Positions 1 through 10,512 are shown, numbered from the stretch's first letter. The stretch is DNA of 64,000 bases from Candidatus Bathyarchaeota archaeon (GCA_963775895.1 CAVZKL010000013.1:1-64000); one strand, 5' to 3'. The notes: a model not told the origin generated them from the sequence alone. A program made the numbers and translations.

Positions 1-444
1 GCCAACGACGAGAACACCTTTTTCCACGCTTACCTTTCGTTTTTCCAGGGGTTCAAGAAGTCGAGCGCGAGCTACGCCCATTCGCACGAGTGTCTTGGCC
101 TTTTCTGTTGCTTTCTCAGGCTCATTTGTGTGCGCCCAAGAAACGTGTTCCCTGAGGTTGACTATTTCGGTCAGGTACGGGTTGAGTCCTGCTTCTGCAA
201 TCGCTTTCCTGAATGTATCCTCGTGCATACGTGGAGAACAGGTTGCGATAACTATTCTGTCAAGTTTGTTGAATTTTATATCATTTTGGATGAGTCTTTG
301 TCCTGGTTCAGAGCACATGTAAGTGTAATGTTTGACCGTTACCACTTCTGGCAGGGTCTTGGCGTATTCAGCCACTTTTGCGACGTCGACGACGCCGGCA
401 ATGTTTAATCCGCAGTGGCAGACGTATACGCCTATTCTTGCCAT
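1..444 (-). CDS. hdrA: Heterodisulfide reductase subunit A-like protein, N-terminal part (runs off the window edge)
   Basis: Hand translation from ATG at 444: [32 protein letters not shown]...YMCSEPGQ...[14 protein letters not shown]...[10 protein letters not shown]...VLVVG, the typical HdrA N-terminus; absent from the ORF track because it has no stop in the window. Confidence 0.9.
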   Translation of the reverse strand, partial: MARIGVYVCHCGLNIAGVVDVAKVAEYAKTLPEVVTVKHYTYMCSEPGQRLIQNDIKFNKLDRIVIATCSPRMHEDTFRKAIAEAGLNPYLTEIVNLREHVSWAHTNEPEKATEKAKTLVRMGVARARLLEPLEKRKVSVEKGVLVVG

Positions 445-600
445 CAGTCAGCCATCCGAAACCGTGTTTTATTAAATTCGGCTTGACGGTCTCTATTATG
501 TTTTCTGCAAAGATTCCTGATGTTCTAATGTTGTTATTCACGTGTCCGATTTTGACGGTTAGACGAAGCTATATGCTGATAGGGTACTTTCATTTCCGTT

Positions 601-1104
601 CTAATACACCGAGACCTTCGCTACCCCTTTGATTTTGAGCAATTCCTGAATGAGCTCTCCAGGGATCTGTTTTTCCACAATCAAGGTGAGTCTGGGTTCG
701 GGGGAAAGTTCTGGATCATCCACTATGGCTTGTCTTACGCTCAGTCCATTGTCTGCAAGGATCGTTGCTGCACTCGACAGGATGCCGGTGGCTCTAGCAT
801 CTACGGGTGTTATTTCGGCAACTCCGAGGTTTAGATGTCTCGCAACCTCTTTGAGCGAGTATCCAGCAGATCTAATGCCCTCAAACAATAATCTGAGATC
901 ACGATTGGAGCTGATTGCAGCTATTGTTTCTTTGACCGTTCGTCTGTCTACGCTAGCGACGCGGCCTATACGGACCGGTGGAATCTCGATTTCGTTGAGA
1001 TATATCTTGCCGTTTCTTAGGCTTAGCCCATTTTCTATGAGAACACGTGTTACTTTGAGTCTTTCTGGATGTCCCTCAAAGTATTCTTTTACGCTGTTCC
1101 ACAT
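601..1104 (-). CDS. trpY: ACT-domain amino-acid-responsive transcription regulator, TrpY-like
   Basis: N-terminal HTH-like segment (IGRVASVDRRTVKETI) and C-terminal ACT domain (GILSSAATILADNGLSVRQAIVDDPEL); divergent from trpB2 with TGTACA-like boxes between them. Confidence 0.75.
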   Translation of the reverse strand: MWNSVKEYFEGHPERLKVTRVLIENGLSLRNGKIYLNEIEIPPVRIGRVASVDRRTVKETIAAISSNRDLRLLFEGIRSAGYSLKEVARHLNLGVAEITPVDARATGILSSAATILADNGLSVRQAIVDDPELSPEPRLTLIVEKQIPGELIQELLKIKGVAKVSVY

Positions 1105-1119
1105 ATTCCGTTTCCTTTA

Positions 1120-1202
1120 TGTACATTTTTGTGCAATAAAGTATAAATATGTTCGTGTGATATTTTGTGTTCTTAACGTACATATATGTGCATAAAGGTA
1201 CA
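1120..1202. promoter_or_regulatory. TRP-box array (putative TrpY operator) in the divergent trpY/trpB2 promoter
   Basis: TGTACA-N4-TGTGCA (1120-1135) and CGTACA-N4-TGTGCA-N4-GGTACA (1177-1202); matches the TGTACA box known for Methanothermobacter TrpY. Confidence 0.7.
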
Positions 1203-1215
1203 TTGGTGAACTGAA

Positions 1216-2574
1216 TTGGCACAATTGAACGAGCGAAAATACTTCACAATGTTGGACCCGGATGACATGCCGACTTCATGGTACAACATTCAAGCAGACC
1301 TTCCCGATGCTCTGCCTCCTCCTCTAGACCCGACGACTCTCAAGCCAGTCGATCCTCGAATGCTTGAACGGATATTCGCAAAAGAGCTTGTAAGACAGGA
1401 AGCAAGTACGGAGAGACACATCAGGATTCCAGACGAGGTTTTTGACGCCTACTTGGCTCTTCCCCGGCCGACTCCATTATACCGTGCCAGAAGGCTCGAA
1501 AAACACCTCAAGACGCCCGCCCAAATCTATTTCAAGTGTGAAAACTTCAGCCCCACAGGAAGCCACAAGAACAACACAGCTCTTGCACAGGCTTATTACA
1601 ACAAGAAGCAGGGAATAGAAGGATTGGTCACTGAAACAGGAGCTGGACAATGGGGCACGTCTCTAGCTCTAGCCACTGCACTCTTCGAGTTAAAGTGTCG
1701 AATCTACATGGTTCGAATAAGCTATCAACAGAAGCCAGGTAGAAGAATTCTCGCCCAATTATACGGTGCAGAAATGTTTCCATCTCCAAGCGACAAAACT
1801 GATTTCGGCCGAAGACTACTGAATGCAGATCCAAATCATCCGGGAACACTCGGAATAGCCATAACCGAGGCAATTGAAGACACCTTAGCTCATGATGACA
1901 CGCGTTATTCGCTCGGTTCGGTCCTGAACCACGTTCTTATGCATCAGACGATCATTGGCTTAGAGGCAAAGAAACAGTTCGATCTTCTCGACGTAAAACC
2001 AGATGTGATCTGCGGCTGCATAGGCGGAGGCTCCAACTACGGTGGCTTCTGTTTCCCCTTCATGAAGGATAAATTGAAGGGCAAGACTGACACGGAATTC
2101 GTTGCCTGTGAATCAAGGGCGGTTCCACACACCACCAGAGGCATCTACCAGTACGATTTCGGCGACACAGGCAAGATGACTCCTCTCCTAAAGATGTTGA
2201 CAATAGGGCATGACTACGCATGTCCACCTGTCCATGCTGGTGGCTTGAGATACCATGGAATGGCTCCGTTGCTATCTTACTTGCTTTACAAAGGATATGC
2301 GCGTTCCGTCGCTTACGGTCAAAAGGAGGTTTTTGACGCTGCCAAGCTTCTAATCCAAACGGAGGGCTTGATTCCTGCTCCAGAAACAACACACAGCTTG
2401 AAGTTCGTCGTGGACGAGGCATTGAACTGCAGGAAGACCGGTGAAAAGAAGGTGATAGCCATGAACTACAGTGGACACGGTCTGCTTGACTTGTCCGCTT
2501 ATGAACAGTATTTGGCAGGAAGACTCGTGGAATATGAGCCTGCCAAAATAGAAGTTGCAAGCGTCGGCCATTAG
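1216..2574 (+). CDS. trpB2: TrpB2 (tryptophan synthase beta-like PLP enzyme)
   Basis: SPTGSHKNNTA, TETGAGQWG, GCIGGGSN, HAGGLRYHG, SGHGLLDL motifs; long TrpB2-type N-terminus. Confidence 0.92.
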   Translation: MAQLNERKYFTMLDPDDMPTSWYNIQADLPDALPPPLDPTTLKPVDPRMLERIFAKELVRQEASTERHIRIPDEVFDAYLALPRPTPLYRARRLEKHLKTPAQIYFKCENFSPTGSHKNNTALAQAYYNKKQGIEGLVTETGAGQWGTSLALATALFELKCRIYMVRISYQQKPGRRILAQLYGAEMFPSPSDKTDFGRRLLNADPNHPGTLGIAITEAIEDTLAHDDTRYSLGSVLNHVLMHQTIIGLEAKKQFDLLDVKPDVICGCIGGGSNYGGFCFPFMKDKLKGKTDTEFVACESRAVPHTTRGIYQYDFGDTGKMTPLLKMLTIGHDYACPPVHAGGLRYHGMAPLLSYLLYKGYARSVAYGQKEVFDAAKLLIQTEGLIPAPETTHSLKFVVDEALNCRKTGEKKVIAMNYSGHGLLDLSAYEQYLAGRLVEYEPAKIEVASVGH

Positions 2575-2589
2575 AAAGGTGGAGACCTG

Positions 2590-3231
2590 ATGACTACTGC
2601 GATGTTGAAAATGGATTCAAGGCTCAAGTTGGCGTTGCTGCCTATTGACGCGCTAAGGCCGCATGAAAGGGGTTTGTCTTTGTACCTGCAGGTTTTGAAA
2701 CGGGAGATTGTTCGAGACGGTGTACTTAGGTTTCCGATTATCGCTGATGAGAAATCCCACGTTATCCTAGATGGAATGCATCGTTGGCTTGTCCTGAAAA
2801 GCCTAGGCTACAAAGAAATTCCAGCGATACTAATTGATGCACAAGGAGACATTGGCATCCGCGTCGGGAGAAGAAGAATTCATCGGTACATGATTGATCC
2901 AACCGAAGAAATACACGTTGAAGAAGTTATCTCAGCAGGACTTAGTAGGCAATTGATGAAGCCACGTTCAACTAGGCACTTCTTTCCTTTCTCTAAGCGC
3001 CAAGAAATCAACTTTCCACTCAATCTTCTGAAGAAAGGATCCGAACAGGATGTTTCAGAATATCTCTCGGAAAATTCGCCTGAGAAATGTGGCGAGGTTA
3101 TGAATGAGTGGTTGCAGGAGATATGCGAAGAGCTGGAGTTCTTGGCTAAGAGAAAGGAAGAGGTTGAGAAAGAAAAACAAGAGTTGATCAACAGAGTAAC
3201 CAACTTGCGCGACTGCCCTGTAACGCGTTAG
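2590..3231 (+). CDS. ParB/Srx N-terminal-domain protein (SerK/SbnI-like candidate)
   Basis: LRPHE...PII...ILDGMHRW motif and later STRH; C-terminal coiled coil. Confidence 0.65.
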   Translation: MTTAMLKMDSRLKLALLPIDALRPHERGLSLYLQVLKREIVRDGVLRFPIIADEKSHVILDGMHRWLVLKSLGYKEIPAILIDAQGDIGIRVGRRRIHRYMIDPTEEIHVEEVISAGLSRQLMKPRSTRHFFPFSKRQEINFPLNLLKKGSEQDVSEYLSENSPEKCGEVMNEWLQEICEELEFLAKRKEEVEKEKQELINRVTNLRDCPVTR

Positions 3232-3305
3232 CAACCCTTTTTAAATCTCATTGGCCAATCTTATCAGTTGTTGCCCAAGAAAACAGATGCTGTTGACGAG
3301 GTCAT

Positions 3306-4412
3306 TTGATGATTCAGATTAATGCCCCTCAAATCGGAAAGGAGGAAATCAGGGCTGTTGTGAAAGTTCTGAAAAGTGGGATTCTGACTCATGGGATTGG
3401 CGCGGGCCCCAAGGTCATCGAATTTGAGAATCTCTTCTCGAAATATGCAAAGGCCAAATATGCCGTAGCTGTCAGCACTGGAACAGCTGCCTTACATTCG
3501 GCACTCGCAGCCGCAGGCGTGAAACAAGGCGATGAGGTGATTCTGCCGAGCTTTACATTTGTGGCGACTGCCGAGGTCATTGTCTTCAACAGAGCCAAAC
3601 CAGTCTTTGTGGACATCAATCCGATTACCTACACTATTTCACCTGAGAAAATCGAGAAAGCCATAACCCAAAAAACTGCGGCGATCATGCCCGTTGACCT
3701 TTATGGGATGCCTGTTGACATGAAACCGATCAGGGAAATTGCTGACAGACACGGATTGAAGATCATTGAAGATGCAGCTCAGGCTCATGGAGCTGTCTAC
3801 ATGGGAAAACCGCCCGGTGCTTTCGCTGATGCCGCATGTTGGAGTTTCTACGGGAGCAAGAACATGACGACGGGCGAAGGTGGAATGTTGACCACTAATA
3901 ACGGTGAACTCGCTGAGACAGTGAAAATCATTCGAAGTCACGGAGAGAAACAGAAATACATGTCCGTTATGTTGGGACATAACTATCACATGCCAGAAAT
4001 TGAAGCTGCCATAGGAAGCGTTCAGCTGAAGAAACTGCCGAAGTTCGTTGCCAAGAGACGTTCGAACGCGAAGAGACTGAGCGAGATTCTTGTAAAAACG
4101 GACAAGCTTGATCTTCCAATGGAGCCAGAGGGGTTCAAATGCAGTTATTATCTTTACACTGTGAGACTGAAAAACGCGAAAGCCGAGAGAAGAGACGCGC
4201 TGGTCGAAAAGCTGAAGCAGGAAGGGATAGGAGCTTTCGTTTGCTACGTTAATCCCATCCATCTAATGCCCTACTACAGAAGATTCGGAAAGTACAGACT
4301 TCCAGTAACAGAATCCCTTGCCAAGCAAGTCTTCTCATTGCCGGTCCATCCAGGTGTCACCCCAAGTCAAATCAGGTTCATAGGCGAAACAACGCTAAGA
4401 TTATTGCAATAG
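3306..4412 (+). CDS. DegT/DnrJ/EryC1/StrS family aminotransferase
   Basis: STGTAALH, IEDAAQAHG, SFYGSKNMTTGEGG motifs. Confidence 0.9.
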   Translation: MMIQINAPQIGKEEIRAVVKVLKSGILTHGIGAGPKVIEFENLFSKYAKAKYAVAVSTGTAALHSALAAAGVKQGDEVILPSFTFVATAEVIVFNRAKPVFVDINPITYTISPEKIEKAITQKTAAIMPVDLYGMPVDMKPIREIADRHGLKIIEDAAQAHGAVYMGKPPGAFADAACWSFYGSKNMTTGEGGMLTTNNGELAETVKIIRSHGEKQKYMSVMLGHNYHMPEIEAAIGSVQLKKLPKFVAKRRSNAKRLSEILVKTDKLDLPMEPEGFKCSYYLYTVRLKNAKAERRDALVEKLKQEGIGAFVCYVNPIHLMPYYRRFGKYRLPVTESLAKQVFSLPVHPGVTPSQIRFIGETTLRLLQ

Positions 4413-4475
4413 GTCTTGCACGCTAGGTTTAAATAGAATCGTTCCTTAGGTATTGAGCCCCACTGATCTGGGGTT

Positions 4476-5825
4476 TTGAGAGGAATCATTGTGAAAGTAT
4501 TAAAGACGATTATAATGGGCGCCGCTGGCAGGGATTTTCACAATTTCAACGTTTACTTCAGAAACAACGATGCTTACGAAGTTGTGGCCTTCACGGCGAC
4601 GCAGATCCCCGGGATTGAGAGTAGGAGTTATCCGCATGAACTCGCAGGTTCAAAATATCCGAATGGCATACCGATATTTCCTGAAGAAGAGCTGCCAAGA
4701 CTGATACGTGAACACGATGTCGATGAAGTAGTCTTTGCGTACAGTGATGTCTCGCACGAGTATGTTATGCACAAAGCCTCAATCGTACTTGCTAGCGGCG
4801 CGGATTTTCGTTTGATGGGCCCCAAGACAACTATGTTGAAGGCGAAGGTTCCTGTCGTTTCGGTTTGCGCAGTCAGAACAGGGTCAGGGAAGAGTCAGAC
4901 TTCAAGACAGGTTGCCAAAATATTGAAAAACAGAGGCTTAAGTGTTGCCGCAATAAGGCACCCGATGCCGTACGGAGACCTCAGGAAACAAATCTGCGAG
5001 CGATTCGCCACGTACGAAGACCTAGACAAGTACGAGTGTACAATAGAAGAAAGGGAAGAATATGAACCTCACATCGACAACGGCATAATTGTTTACGCTG
5101 GAGTTGATTACGAGGAAATAATGCACGAGGCAGAGAAAGAAGCCGATGTCATCGTGTGGGATGGAGGCAACAACGACTGGTCTTTTTACAAACCGGACCT
5201 GAACATAGTCGTGGCTGATCCGCACAGAGCCGGACATGAGCTGATATATCATCCGGGAGAGACAAATCTTCGCATGGCAGACGTAATAATAGTAAACAAA
5301 GTCGACACCGCTGATCCTCAAAAAGTCGCGCAAGTCAAGGCGAACATAAACATGGTGAATCCGAAAGCTCTGGTCTTGGATGCCGCTTCACCGATAACAG
5401 CGGACAAACCAGATTTAGTTAAGGGAAAACGCGTCCTAGTGATCGAAGATGGCCCGACCATAACCCATGGAAGCATGCCCTATGGCGCGGGAATCATTTT
5501 CGCGAAGCAGTCTGGAGCAAGCACAATCGTTGACCCGAGACCTTATGCTGTAGGATCAATTAAAGAAGCCTACAAGAAATATGGCCACTTAGGGGCAGTT
5601 CTCCCGGCCTTGGGTTACAGCGGGCAGCAGGTCGCTGAACTCAAGGAAACCATTGACCACACCCCGTGCGATGTCGTGGTCATCGGAACACCCATTGACT
5701 TGCGAAGGGTGTTGACTATTAAACAGCCGTCAGTCAGAGTGCGGTATGATCTGAAGGTCCTCGGACCGAAGTCGCTTGAGCAGATCTTGGACGAGTTTGT
5801 AAAAAGAAGTGTGAAAAAACAATGA
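4476..5825 (+). CDS. Cyclic 2,3-diphosphoglycerate synthase-like P-loop GTPase
   Basis: MGAAGRDFHNFN, AVRTGSGKSQTS, RHPMPYG, WDGGNND, NKVD motifs. Confidence 0.75.
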   Translation: MRGIIVKVLKTIIMGAAGRDFHNFNVYFRNNDAYEVVAFTATQIPGIESRSYPHELAGSKYPNGIPIFPEEELPRLIREHDVDEVVFAYSDVSHEYVMHKASIVLASGADFRLMGPKTTMLKAKVPVVSVCAVRTGSGKSQTSRQVAKILKNRGLSVAAIRHPMPYGDLRKQICERFATYEDLDKYECTIEEREEYEPHIDNGIIVYAGVDYEEIMHEAEKEADVIVWDGGNNDWSFYKPDLNIVVADPHRAGHELIYHPGETNLRMADVIIVNKVDTADPQKVAQVKANINMVNPKALVLDAASPITADKPDLVKGKRVLVIEDGPTITHGSMPYGAGIIFAKQSGASTIVDPRPYAVGSIKEAYKKYGHLGAVLPALGYSGQQVAELKETIDHTPCDVVVIGTPIDLRRVLTIKQPSVRVRYDLKVLGPKSLEQILDEFVKRSVKKQ

Positions 5826-6205
5826 GCGAAGAGAAAGTTGAAGTCTCACGCGTGAAGGTCAAGTTTATTGTTGAGGGTAATGGCGAGGTCGAGGGCGAGC
5901 TTGTGCGCTTCTTGGCTCCTAGGACTATCGACATGATCGTGAGGAAACTGCCAATTGAAGGAAGAGCAGCTGTGTGGAAAGAGGAGATATACTTCGAAAC
6001 ACCCATTAAAATGGGAGAAGAAAAGGCCAAGGCTAGCGTTGAAACCGGAGCGATAGCATTTTGGCCCATGGGTAGCGCAATATGCGTTTTCTACGGAACT
6101 TCACAACCTTACAGTCCGGTGAATGTCATAGGAAAAGTGACTGGAAACTTGGATTTGTTCAAGCAGATAAAGAGTGGAACAAAAATAAGGGTTGAAGGTG
6201 TCTAG
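5822..6205 (+). CDS. Cyclophilin-like fold protein (TM1367/DUF369 type)
   Basis: LPIEG..WKEEIYF..GAIAFWPMGSAICVFYG..SPVNVIGKV. Confidence 0.75.
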   Translation: MSEEKVEVSRVKVKFIVEGNGEVEGELVRFLAPRTIDMIVRKLPIEGRAAVWKEEIYFETPIKMGEEKAKASVETGAIAFWPMGSAICVFYGTSQPYSPVNVIGKVTGNLDLFKQIKSGTKIRVEGV

Positions 6206-6681
6206 TACACCAAGGAACCTTCTTTCCACATTTTTAGGATTCTTTTACACTCTTCCGTTACTTCTTTTTCATGGCTTTTTCTTATGAGCACTTCAAGAAA
6301 CTCTCTTCTTTTTTCGAATGAACGCCGTTCAGCTTCTCCTCCATAGTACAGTTTTCCTTCGAGATACTCTTTCATGTGATTAGCCTTCTGCACGAATAGG
6401 CTTGCAGCGTCAACCGAATTCTCAACAGCGTATGCGTTTGCCCATATTGCTGCTTCCGCTTGTCTCAGCTGGGTCAGTCCGTCGATCTCCTTAATGCTTC
6501 GAATGTAGGTTCTGAACAACTCGTAGAAGCCTGCAACTTTGAGAAGTTCGAGAGCCTTTTTCACGTTCGCCTTGAAGTCTGCGCTTCCTACGAGCTGCAC
6601 ATCATGCTTGTAGCCTTGATCAACAAACGCTTTGGCCTGTTTGACTTCCTCTTCCGTGTAAACCCTGTCTGGGAATTTCAA
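6202..6681 (-). CDS. Hypothetical protein
   Basis: 159-aa ORF with protein-like composition, fills the gap, co-oriented with rps25e. Confidence 0.6.
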   Translation of the reverse strand: MKFPDRVYTEEEVKQAKAFVDQGYKHDVQLVGSADFKANVKKALELLKVAGFYELFRTYIRSIKEIDGLTQLRQAEAAIWANAYAVENSVDAASLFVQKANHMKEYLEGKLYYGGEAERRSFEKRREFLEVLIRKSHEKEVTEECKRILKMWKEGSLVY

Positions 6682-6740
6682 AAAAAAGTCGCCCTTGGTC
6701 TTACGAAAAAAGGCACGACAGATCTAATTCGTTCAGAGAC

Positions 6741-7064
6741 CTAGTCTACTCTGTATATCTTGATGTTATGGCTACCCGAAACCAATTGGATCGTGCCGTT
6801 TCCCTGCAGCTGGTCGAGAAGATCCTTCGCCGCGCTTATCCGAATATTAAACCTCGTCGAAACACTGTAAGGCGTCAAGACGTGCATTTTCTTCAATTCT
6901 CCGATGATCTTATCACTCTTCGCATCAGGTGCGATGACTGACGAGGCTTTCTTTTCCTTTGGTTGCCCGCCTTTTTCCTTCTTCTTCTTATCCTTGTCCT
7001 CTACGTCCTTCTTATCCTGCATGCGTTCCATCTGTTTCAGGTTTAGCTTCTTTTTGCCTCCCAT
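6741..7064 (-). CDS. rps25e: 30S ribosomal protein S25e
   Basis: Lys-rich MGGKKK start; wHTH LTPYSVSTRFNIRISAAKDLL..IY. Confidence 0.85.
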   Translation of the reverse strand: MGGKKKLNLKQMERMQDKKDVEDKDKKKKEKGGQPKEKKASSVIAPDAKSDKIIGELKKMHVLTPYSVSTRFNIRISAAKDLLDQLQGNGTIQLVSGSHNIKIYRVD

Positions 7065-7218
7065 GATGATCGACTTCCACGTATGAAGTCCGTAGTCCTG
7101 TTCTTAAGGATTTTCCAGACTATTGAAAAACCTCTGCCTGAGGGCTACGCGGAAAAATCAAACAACGCTCGAATACTCTTGGCACTCACAAAAAAGAAAG
7201 GAAAAAAGGCAAAGCTTA

Positions 7219-7440
7219 CTATTTGCCCATGACTTTTTTAGCCGCGATCTCGATGTCCTCAGACTTGATTGTCTTTCTTCCAGCGTGCATTGCAAAGTCT
7301 AGAGCTTCTCTCGCAATTTTCACGCCGATCTCTTCTAATGCTTTTGCAAGTTCTTTTGCTGCTGCTTCGCTTACTCTGTCTGCTCCAGCCTTCTTGCATA
7401 GTCTATGCATCGGGGCCACAGCCAATTCTAAATCGGCCAT
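7219..7440 (-). CDS. Archaeal histone (HMf family)
   Basis: [19 protein letters not shown]...[14 protein letters not shown]. Confidence 0.93.
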   Translation of the reverse strand: MADLELAVAPMHRLCKKAGADRVSEAAAKELAKALEEIGVKIAREALDFAMHAGRKTIKSEDIEIAAKKVMGK

Positions 7441-7653
7441 AAACAGTCCTCCGTAGCTCCTTTTTCTCTTTAAAGCCGTATTTAACGTTTGTTGTTAATT
7501 ACCCGTCACAAACAGTAGTAATCTTCTTCAACGCTTGTTTTGTAAAGCAGATTTCAAGTAGCTCACGCCGCAACTGTCTCGAGCTCTTGGGTTCAACAGA
7601 AGAAGCCATAATAGGCGATAGAGGGTGAGTGGTGTCTTTGGAGTGACTGTTGA

Positions 7654-8430
7654 ATGAAATTTGTTGATGCGCACATTCATCTTTCGGACGAGGAGTATTC
7701 AGGTTGTGTTGATGATATCGTTCAGGAAGCCAAGGATTCGAATGTTGTCGCCTTGGTTTCAAATTCAATGGATCTGAAAACCTGTGTTGGGAGTCTGGAG
7801 CTGGCAGAGCGTTTTCCAGGTACGGTCTATGCTGCGTTGGGCATACATCCTTGGACCGTGAATGATCTCACTGATGAGCAGTTTCAGCAGATCGTGGACT
7901 TCATTTCTAGAACGCAAAACAAAAATCTTGTCGCAATCGGTGAAATTGGGTTAGACTTCAAGTATATGAAGATCTGGGACAAGCAACTAAGAGTCTTTGA
8001 CTCAATGCTTCATTTGGCTGAAAAACTCGAATTGCCAGTCATAATCCACTCGCGCGGGACCACAGCGCAAATTGTCGATATGCTTTCCTCTTACAAGATC
8101 AAGAGGGTGTTGCTGCATTGGTTCAGCAATCCGATAAGCGCGCTTGCCAAGGCCGTGGATAGAGGGTTCTACATTTCCGAGGGCGCTCCAGTGACTTTTT
8201 CAAGCGGAATACGTGACGTCGTCAAGAAGGTCCCTATGGAAAATTTGCTCACTGAAACTGATGGACCCGTGCGTTTCTTCAGGCCGCCCTTTGAAGGAAA
8301 AAGAACCAGCCCTGCCTTCGTTCCCACAATCGTGAAAGCCATAGCCGAAGTGCGAGGAATGGATCAGGAAAGCGTGGCAGAACGTATTGGAAAGAATTTT
8401 GAAGACTTTTTTGGGATAAGAGTTAATTAG
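7654..8430 (+). CDS. tatD: TatD family hydrolase
   Basis: DAHIH, GIHP, IGEIGLD, IHSR, ETDGP. Confidence 0.9.
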   Translation: MKFVDAHIHLSDEEYSGCVDDIVQEAKDSNVVALVSNSMDLKTCVGSLELAERFPGTVYAALGIHPWTVNDLTDEQFQQIVDFISRTQNKNLVAIGEIGLDFKYMKIWDKQLRVFDSMLHLAEKLELPVIIHSRGTTAQIVDMLSSYKIKRVLLHWFSNPISALAKAVDRGFYISEGAPVTFSSGIRDVVKKVPMENLLTETDGPVRFFRPPFEGKRTSPAFVPTIVKAIAEVRGMDQESVAERIGKNFEDFFGIRVN

Positions 8431-8518
8431 TCTAGCTCTGTTTATGAGATGTTGCTTTGAAAACGTCGGAGTTAATGATGGACGGTAAGAAAGAGTAGGT
8501 GCTTGGAGGAACATTTGC

Positions 8519-8749
8519 GTGGGGAGCGTTCGAACCGAACAGATCAAGCGTACGGCTAAAGAACTCGTCAGACGTTTCCCTGACAAGTTCTCTCATGATT
8601 TTGAGAAAAACAAGCATATGGTTTCGATTCTGGTTTCAGGTGGGACGCCGAAAGTCAGGAATCAGATTGCTGGGTACATTACACGGTTTCTTGCTCCCGA
8701 ACCAGAGGAAGCGCCGACTGAGTCCGAGGAAAGTGAAGAGACCGAATAG
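8519..8749 (+). CDS. rps17e: 30S ribosomal protein S17e
   Basis: MGSVRTEQIKRTA...DFEKNK...RNQIAGYIT. Confidence 0.93.
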   Translation: MGSVRTEQIKRTAKELVRRFPDKFSHDFEKNKHMVSILVSGGTPKVRNQIAGYITRFLAPEPEEAPTESEESEETE

Positions 8750-8773
8750 TCATTTAGGGAAGATCATCAAGAT

Positions 8774-9172
8774 TTGTGGAGAGACGAAATAAAATTGATG
8801 GATCAGTACAGAAAAGGCTGGGCGCTTCGTTATTTGCGGGAGGCAAAGGCCGAACTTGAGGCCGCTAAAAAAATGCCATATATGGCTTCAAGCCTAGTTT
8901 TGGAAGCCGTTAGAAAAGCTCGAAACGCCATCTACTACAGCTTAGGCGAGCCTGCTTTTGTTGAAATAGTTGTGAGGGAGACGGTCGAAAAGAAATCCCA
9001 AGACATCAACGATCCAGTGTTGAAGTGTCTTGTTGAAGTCGAAGAAACGGTCCAGCAGTTGGGACAACTTGAGGAAATGGACGGCGAGAGAGCGCTTAAA
9101 CAGGCGGATAGCCTAATACAACTGGCTTCTGAGATAGTCGAGACGTTGACGGAAGAAAAAATAGAAGATTGA
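8774..9172 (+). CDS. Hypothetical all-helical protein (HEPN-like start); likely start ATG near 8797
   Basis: WALRYLREAKAELEAA resembles HEPN helix 1; no RxxxxH motif. Confidence 0.55.
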   Translation: MWRDEIKLMDQYRKGWALRYLREAKAELEAAKKMPYMASSLVLEAVRKARNAIYYSLGEPAFVEIVVRETVEKKSQDINDPVLKCLVEVEETVQQLGQLEEMDGERALKQADSLIQLASEIVETLTEEKIED

Positions 9173-9178
9173 GGAAGC

Positions 9179-10429
9179 TTAGAGTTTCCTAAGGGCTTCT
9201 TCGATTTTGACTAGAGCTTTCTTGATGTTTTCCACCGAGTTGGCGTAAGAGAATCGCACGTAGCCTTCTCCGTATTTTCCGAAGTCCACTCCTGGGAGCG
9301 AAGCAACCCCAGCCTTTTCAAGGAGAAAGTCACGCATTTTGTGCCCTTCCATGCCGATTTTCTTGAAGTTTGGAAACACGTAGAATGCTCCTTTTGGTTG
9401 TGTGCAGCTCAAATTGCTAATTTTGTTTAGCCCAGAGACGATTACGTCCCTTCTCTTTTTGAATTCAGCAACCATCTTGGTTACTTCGCCTTGTGGGCCC
9501 TCTAACGCTTCGATTCCGGCCATTTGAGTGGCTGCGTTAGCGCATGATACGAAGTTTGTGTTCAGCCTTGCAATCTGCTTTGCCAGGTCTTTTCTCATCA
9601 CGCCGTAGCCTAGGCGCCAACCGGTCATTGCGTAGGTTTTGGAAAATCCGTCTAGGATCACTGTCTTGTCTTTCATACCTGGAAGTGAGGCTATGCTCTC
9701 GTGTTTTCCCTCATACAAGATTCTGCTGTAAATCTCGTCTGAAAGAATCATCAGATTATCTCTGTTCACAACGCTGTCGGCAATCGTTTTCAAGTCGTCT
9801 TTCGTGAGCAGCCCGCCTGTTGGATTGTTTGGGCTGTTCAGTATTATCAGCTTCGTCTTCTTCGTTAGTTTCTTTGTGATGTCAGCAGGGTTCAATCTGA
9901 AATCGTTCTTTTCCAGCAACGGAATCGGAATCGGCTTCCCCCCGATGAAGTTGATCATCGATTCATAGATGGGATAGCCAGGATTTGGATACATGACCTC
10001 GTCGCCAGGGTTGACGCAGGCCAGTATGACGAATGACATGACGGGTTTGCCTCCGGTCGTCACGACCACTTCGTCAGGGTCGACATTGATGCCCCTGCTT
10101 TTTGAAACGTGTTTAGCTATGGCTTCTCTTAGTTCCAAGATGCCTGCGGACGGTGTGTAGTGAGTGTAGCCGGCCTTGAGAGCTTTGATCGCTGCATCCT
10201 TTATGTTCTGGGGAGTGTCAAAGTCTGGTTCGCCTATTTCAAGATGCACAATTTCGTGTCCCTGTTTTTCAAGCGCTCTTGCTCTAGCAAGTACTTCGAA
10301 CGCGGTCTCCGTTCCAAGTTTGCTCATTCTGTCAGCAAGTATTGAACTCACTTTTTCCACCTTCTGAGGATTCATCATTAACAAAGAGAGGGTATTTATG
10401 TTTACCCGTGCCACAAAAATCTTCTTCAC
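9179..10429 (-). CDS. Class I/II PLP-dependent aminotransferase (aspartate aminotransferase-like); true start probably downstream
   Basis: GEPDFDTP, NSPNNPTG, SDEIY, GFSKTYAMTGWRLGY. Confidence 0.9.
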   Translation of the reverse strand: MKKIFVARVNINTLSLLMMNPQKVEKVSSILADRMSKLGTETAFEVLARARALEKQGHEIVHLEIGEPDFDTPQNIKDAAIKALKAGYTHYTPSAGILELREAIAKHVSKSRGINVDPDEVVVTTGGKPVMSFVILACVNPGDEVMYPNPGYPIYESMINFIGGKPIPIPLLEKNDFRLNPADITKKLTKKTKLIILNSPNNPTGGLLTKDDLKTIADSVVNRDNLMILSDEIYSRILYEGKHESIASLPGMKDKTVILDGFSKTYAMTGWRLGYGVMRKDLAKQIARLNTNFVSCANAATQMAGIEALEGPQGEVTKMVAEFKKRRDVIVSGLNKISNLSCTQPKGAFYVFPNFKKIGMEGHKMRDFLLEKAGVASLPGVDFGKYGEGYVRFSYANSVENIKKALVKIEEALRKL

Positions 10430-10512
10430 TTAGAGTGTTAATCTTCGGCGAGTGAGACTTTGTTCGCCTGTTATTGAGTCTTTTGAAAAAAAGAAGTGGA
10501 GAAAGTTGAAGG

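Noticed and set aside
8774-9172. HEPN toxin
   Set aside because: No RxxxxH motif, no adjacent MNT antitoxin, and it sits in a housekeeping context after rps17e
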